Assembly: GCA_963693365.1 (NCBI GenBank) | Contig: CAVNZM010000017.1 | Coordinates: 1,872,776 to 1,936,775, forward strand | Direction of reading: 5' to 3' | Source: Amoebidium appalachense | Lineage: Eukaryota; Protista; Ichthyosporea | Length of the DNA stretch: 64,000 nt | In this document: piece after piece, positions 37,588 through 64,000 of the stretch | Numbering within the stretch: the stretch's first letter is position 1 | Layout of the letters: every line of letters begins with the position of its first letter | Made by a program: the position numbers and the translations under genes | The notes under the pieces: generated by a model | Seen by the model: only the letters and a program-made list of their open reading frames with translations | Told to the model about the DNA's origin: nothing | Database searches by the model: none

Positions 37588-37812
37588 GGGGGGGGGGGGA
37601 GTGTTCATTCGTTTTTTTTTTTCCCTGCCCAACAATTGCTTCGAATCCAGTTATTGTTTTGTTGTAGGTTTTGGAAAGGAGCCTTTTGATGAATTTGCGT
37701 GGGTTTTCAGCGGTACCTAGGTTTGGTTTTTGGTTTGTAGTGCATGCACCAAACACACACACACAAACACACACACGTGTGACACACACACGACGCACGG
37801 GCACAGGCACAC

Positions 37813-37844
<32 letters not shown>

Positions 37845-38583
37845 CCATGTGCACACAGAGACACGCACACACACACACGCACACGCACAGGCCGCAAACA
37901 CATCACACACTTGAGTCAGACGCACACCGTGCCACTGAAAACCGCTGACACATACTCAACCCCCCCCCCCCCCCCGGGCCCCCCGCCCCTCCCCCCCCCC
38001 CCCTCCCCCCAAACATCCCCTGTCCATCATACTTCCCCCACACCGCTACACACGTACATGTCTTCCTCATTTCTTTTTCTGGACTAGCCCGCCCAACTTG
38101 ACACTTTCCCCCTGCAGGAAGGGGCCGCGGGGGGGGGGGGGGGGGGGGGGGGGGGGGAGGGGGGAGGCCTGAATGAAAGGTGGGCCCGGGGGAGCAGTGG
38201 GAGGGGGGAGGGGGGAGGGGAGGGAGGAGGAGGCCGGCAATGTGTTGTGCATGACCATACACACGCTGACACGTGCACATGCATGCCGCATATGTGGAAA
38301 TTCAAAAACGGGGATCCAGACTAGTACTCCGAGGAACATATCAAATGCCCAATGATTCTACACTTATTACCGTATATTGTTTTTTTTTATTTTTAAATCA
38401 TGTTGAGCAGTGGTGAGTTTTGGTTGTTTGTGGGTTTTGCAAACAGAAGCTCAATTGCAAGTCTGGATTCAAAAAATCACTGCAAGCCGCAAGTCAGTGT
38501 GTGGTCTTCTACTTGACCGATTGATTTTTGCGCCTGGGGATTTTTTGTTTGGACGTACGCACAAATTTAAATAAATACAACAG

Positions 38584-38620
<37 letters not shown>

Positions 38621-38887
38621 AACACACAGACACACACACACACACACACACGCACGCACACGCACACGCACACACGCACACACACACCGTCACTCACACA
38701 CATGCACACGCACAAACACACACACCGTCACGCACGCACACACACATAAGAACACTCACACACCCACACACACACAGACACGCACACACGCACACACGCA
38801 CACACACACACACGCGCGCGCGCGCGCGCGCACACAGTCACACACCCGTGTGCATACACACACACACACTGTCACACACGCACGCGT

Positions 38888-38947
<60 letters not shown>

Positions 38948-39184
38948 ACATAGTGCATCATCAGCAAAATTTGCCCCTTGATTTTAATTGTATACAAATA
39001 CCAATTCGAGACATTGAGATATTGAAAATTATTGCCATTTTTATTAATACTTCAAGGCTTTTCCTTTTTGGTTCATCATTAATACTATGTTCATAACGAA
39101 GCAGACTCTCGAACTTCAAGGTGGCTACTATTAAATGTTAGAAAGAAATCATACCTGTACGTGTTCACAAGAAGGTCCCCCCCC

Positions 39185-39223
<39 letters not shown>

Positions 39224-39379
39224 CCTCGGTATCTTAGTTCTCCCTATTTTCGGTAGCCTCTACACACACCGTACCATAGCCACGCCATTTGTACATGGTG
39301 ATATGTACGACGTTTCATGCATGTGCATACATTATTCCACGGCCCCCGGGGCCTGAACATTGATGGCCGTGGCAGGGCC

Positions 39380-39460
39380 AGGTCACTGCATGTGACTCAG
39401 TGACGTATTACCAAGTCACACGCGTGTGCTCCCCTGCAGGCTGCCAGCTATATATAGCGC
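39380..39460. promoter_or_regulatory. Candidate promoter (TGACTCA, TGACGT, GCTATATATAGC)
   Basis: Cluster of bZIP-like sites and a palindromic TATA-like motif; GCTATATATAG is shared with ~11567-11577. Motif match only. Confidence 0.2.
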
Positions 39461-42095
39461 CAGTGGTGCTGCGGTGGCGCTGTGCGCTTGTTACAGAAGT
39501 TTGCACAATCGGATCAGTGATGTGCACGTGGGGGATTTCGTCAACATTTCGAGCCCTGGTATGGCTGATATGAAAAGCCAATCGGCATCCTGCAAGATCT
39601 GAGCGCGTGCTCGACTGAGTGAGGCCCTACCGCCACGGGGATGTGAATATCACGCACTATGATAATGGGAATGCAAGGGGCAATATATGTAAAAAGGAGG
39701 AGAAAAAGAGTTATCTTGTATGAGTTATATGCTTTGATAGCATTTTGTACCTTGTCACATGTGGATCGGCAAGTGGCCTGGCCGCCTGATGCACGTATAC
39801 GTATTTCCGCGCGCTCGCGCAATGATGATTGGCCATTTTAAAAAAAAAATTGTACACACAGTAGTGTAGGCTCAAAATAAACCCATTAGCTTCAGTAGGG
39901 AGGTATTTTGATACAGTATATATTTTTAAGTCTCTTCAAATTGCAGTAACGCACAATAATCTGTTGGAATAAACATACACGCTACGGTACTCAGGAGTCT
40001 CAGCGGGCCAGTGTTCCTTATATCCATATTCGGGTAGAGCAAACGCTTTTTTATTGGACAGTTTTATTTGATGAGCCAGAACCCCCACTACTCTCCCTAC
40101 GGGATTCTCATCAGGCTCCGACTCTAGAGATCTCACCTCAGATCGATGTACCCATAGTATAGGTCCCATACTGAGGCAGAGGGGCGACGGCAGTGCATAT
40201 TCGAACCAAGGTGAACGTAAGCATTATATAGGGATAAAGAAGTTAAAAGCAACCCTCTTCACCATAGTGCACTTACGTGTCGACACGCCGAGGCGCTCCG
40301 TGTAGCAAGTTGAAGAGCTTATGAAGACCCCACATAAGAATTTCAATATCCCCGCTGGAAGAAGAATTCAAGAAATTTGAATTTTAAAATAAGTAACTTC
40401 ATGTAGTAGAAGTGCAGATAAATATGGGTGCACGTTTTCAAGAATGTTGGAGATGTTTTTACGGGCCTATAGGAGAGTAGCGTAAGCTGAGTGATGCATA
40501 TTATTTATATGATTTCATATCTTTCCGTCGAATAAATCCAGTCAAAAGAAAACAAATTCCCTTTCGTCAACTTCTGGGATATATAACATGTGTAGGGGGA
40601 ATACAAACTAGGTAGATTAGCCAATCGGATCAATCGGTGGTTTATCCATTTCAACTTGACTCAACACCCCGACTTGAGGCGGTTCTTCCGAGCTTTGAAA
40701 TTTCATCAGTAGTACTGCATAATAAATAAACACACACATATATATACAGAAAGCAAGCCTGTTATAAATTAAATCTTTGGAACCTCAAAAAACAATCAGG
40801 AGTATAAAAAGTGTTGCATACTTTTGGGTGAAAAATACGCCAAGACACAGTAAAGTTTAACATTTGACAGCCTGAGCATTCGGAAAAAATTGCTTTCTGC
40901 CTGCGGTCTATGCGAAATTCTGATATCATAAACATCAAGTAGTGGGGGATTCGTGTCCTTTCTTCCCACCTCGTCCGACAGGCAAAACAGTAGTAACGTA
41001 TGATAAGAGCCTTGAACGCATTCTGCTGTATCTCTTGGTAGTTTTAGAAGTGCTGTGCAGGCGCTAGTCCGAGCCCCGCACACAAAAGTAGTGTAATGCC
41101 TGCGTTCATGCTTCGCAAAAAAATACATCTATGTTCACACCTGACATATCGTAGTTAATGTTGAACTTGGAAGATTCAACACGCACAGTACTAAAATACA
41201 GCTGGTGGCCTGAACAGTTATCTATAGAGCATACTTATCTAAATACACACATAGCAAGCCGTGTCTGTGTGTCAAGGATAACACAAGCTTAAGAATACTT
41301 CCAATCGGCACCCTAAAAACATACATCTGTTAATGGTAAGGACTGTGCCTACTCCCATGTTTATTTCCATGGCCTAGGTGGTGCTTTTGTGGAGTTGCTT
41401 TCAGGGTATTTTGGCGGAAACGAAGGCACCAAACTATGTGATTAAAAAAAATTTGTTTGTTGGGGCTGCCTCGTTTTGGGGAATTTCAAGGATCTGTGGT
41501 CGAAGGATTTGTAGCAGCGAAAAGAAACTCTTACTATCACCTTTTTGTTTTGTAGTTGAAGAGAGCGAAGAGTTAATGTCGGGAGAATTGCGTAGCGCAT
41601 TAGAAGCAGGATAGAGAGGGTTTTCGGAGGGTGCGGGTATAGATGTGTGTGGTGTGTGTGTTTGGGGAGAAGCGGTATGGGAAAGGGGGTGATAGATGTG
41701 TGTGGTGTGTGTGTTTGGGGATAAGCGATGGGAAAGGGGGTTGGGCACAGAGTGGGTGGGGGTTAGGGGGAGGGAGGGGAGGGGAAGGGCGGGGGTGCAG
41801 GGGGCAGAGCGAAAGACCACACATCGTGTATCCGAGTTCACATTAGCCTTGTGAGGGAGTGCATGTATGAGGCAGAGGAGTGAGTGTTGGAGGGATGAGC
41901 ACATGGTTTTTTAAAATGGTCACCAAGTCACTTTTACTCTCTACGTTGCTGTTGGTGTGTAGGTTTAGAGTGTGAACAGTGTTTTTAACTTTTTTCGCCC
42001 GTTGTGTGCTTCCCCAGTGGGTTTTCAGGGCAAACCAATGGGCCAGATAACTTGATTCCTCTCCCCCGGTTCCCCCCTGCATCCCCACTCCCCCC

Positions 42096-42150
<55 letters not shown>

Positions 42151-42515
42151 TTCTTAGGAGGAAAAAAAGGGGGGGGGGGAAGGGGGGGGGGGGGGCTGGG
42201 GGAGGACCCCCCAAGAAGGACAGGATGGATGGAAAGAGACAAAACCTCGCAAAGAGAGAAGGAATAACAGAAAATGGTTGGAAAAAACGAAAGAAGAAAC
42301 AAAGAACAGACTACGAAAAAAGGAGAAAAGAAAAGGCAGAAGGCGTAAAAGTAGTGGTGGTCGCCAACATTTTGCAGGACCCGAAACAGTGGTCGGGTTG
42401 TATTGTTCGTTTGAGGACATCAGATCATCAGCCCCCACACACAACCTCACTCACCAAACATACACCCGCAGGTACACATCTGCTCGCCGATGCACATACG
42501 AGCACCCTCATCACC

Positions 42516-63543
<21,028 letters not shown>

Positions 63544-64000
63544 GTATGCTACCCCCCCCCCCCCCCCCCCCCCCCCCTCCCCCCCTTCCCCCCCCTCTTC
63601 CCCCATCCCCCCCCCCCCCTCCCCCCCCTTCATCAACCTCCCCCCCCCCCCCCCAAAAAAAAAAAAAGAACGAAAAAAAAAACTCAAAGACACAGACGAA
63701 AAGAAGACTCTGGCAAAAAGAATCAAGAAAAAGGGTAAAACAATCAAAAAGAAATAAAAGGGACAATCACTGCTTTAGAGCTCCATTCCACGCATATCCA
63801 TGGCTCGTCTTCTTTCGAATTGTTATGATTCATTTCTCTGGGTTCTTCTTTCAACACCAAAAGAATACATGTTGCTTGTTGTGCCAAAGAGCACAAAAGT
63901 TGACACAGACTTTTACCCACGGGCTATATGTGCATTGTTAGCACCTTAAGGCCATGTAGACGCGTGAGAAGCTACAAATCTGCCAGCCCCCCCCCCCCCC

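Noticed and set aside
39936-40350. Exon-like minus-strand segments (CAG|CGGGAT..AC|GTAAGT; CAG|TATGGG..GAG|GTGAG)
   Set aside because: Short, with no recognisable product, start or stop; cannot be supported without transcripts.

Overview
Eukaryotic, intron-rich genomic DNA. The host is not identifiable with certainty; the CaMKIV-like kinase tail, VWD/EGF protein and branch-point-dominated acceptors suggest an opisthokont, possibly a unicellular holozoan. Nearly all ORF-track entries are artefacts of poly-G/C, (CA)n, (GT)n and (GA)n tracts. Manual splicing gives three real genes. (1) A minus-strand flotillin (12 exons, 229-10590) that runs off the left edge. (2) A complete 19-exon, ~630 aa Ca2+-regulated kinase (18158-34006) with the architecture CaMK kinase + CaM-binding segment + visinin/NCS-like EF-hands + PH domain, i.e. 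CCaMK-like plus PH. (3) A large secreted PA14-like/VWD/multi-EGF protein (from 42516) that runs off the right edge, with 17 symmetric one-EGF exons. An apparently intact two-ORF APE-type LINE lies between genes 1 and 2. The most notable patterns are: sense-strand poly(C) runs directly after weak splice donors; degenerate intronic copies of neighbouring splice junctions; and a young dispersed intronic element whose copies share a 3' end abutting poly(C). A TA-flanked MITE family and a ~300 bp foldback palindrome are also present. All exon models were derived by eye and are unverified by RNA data.
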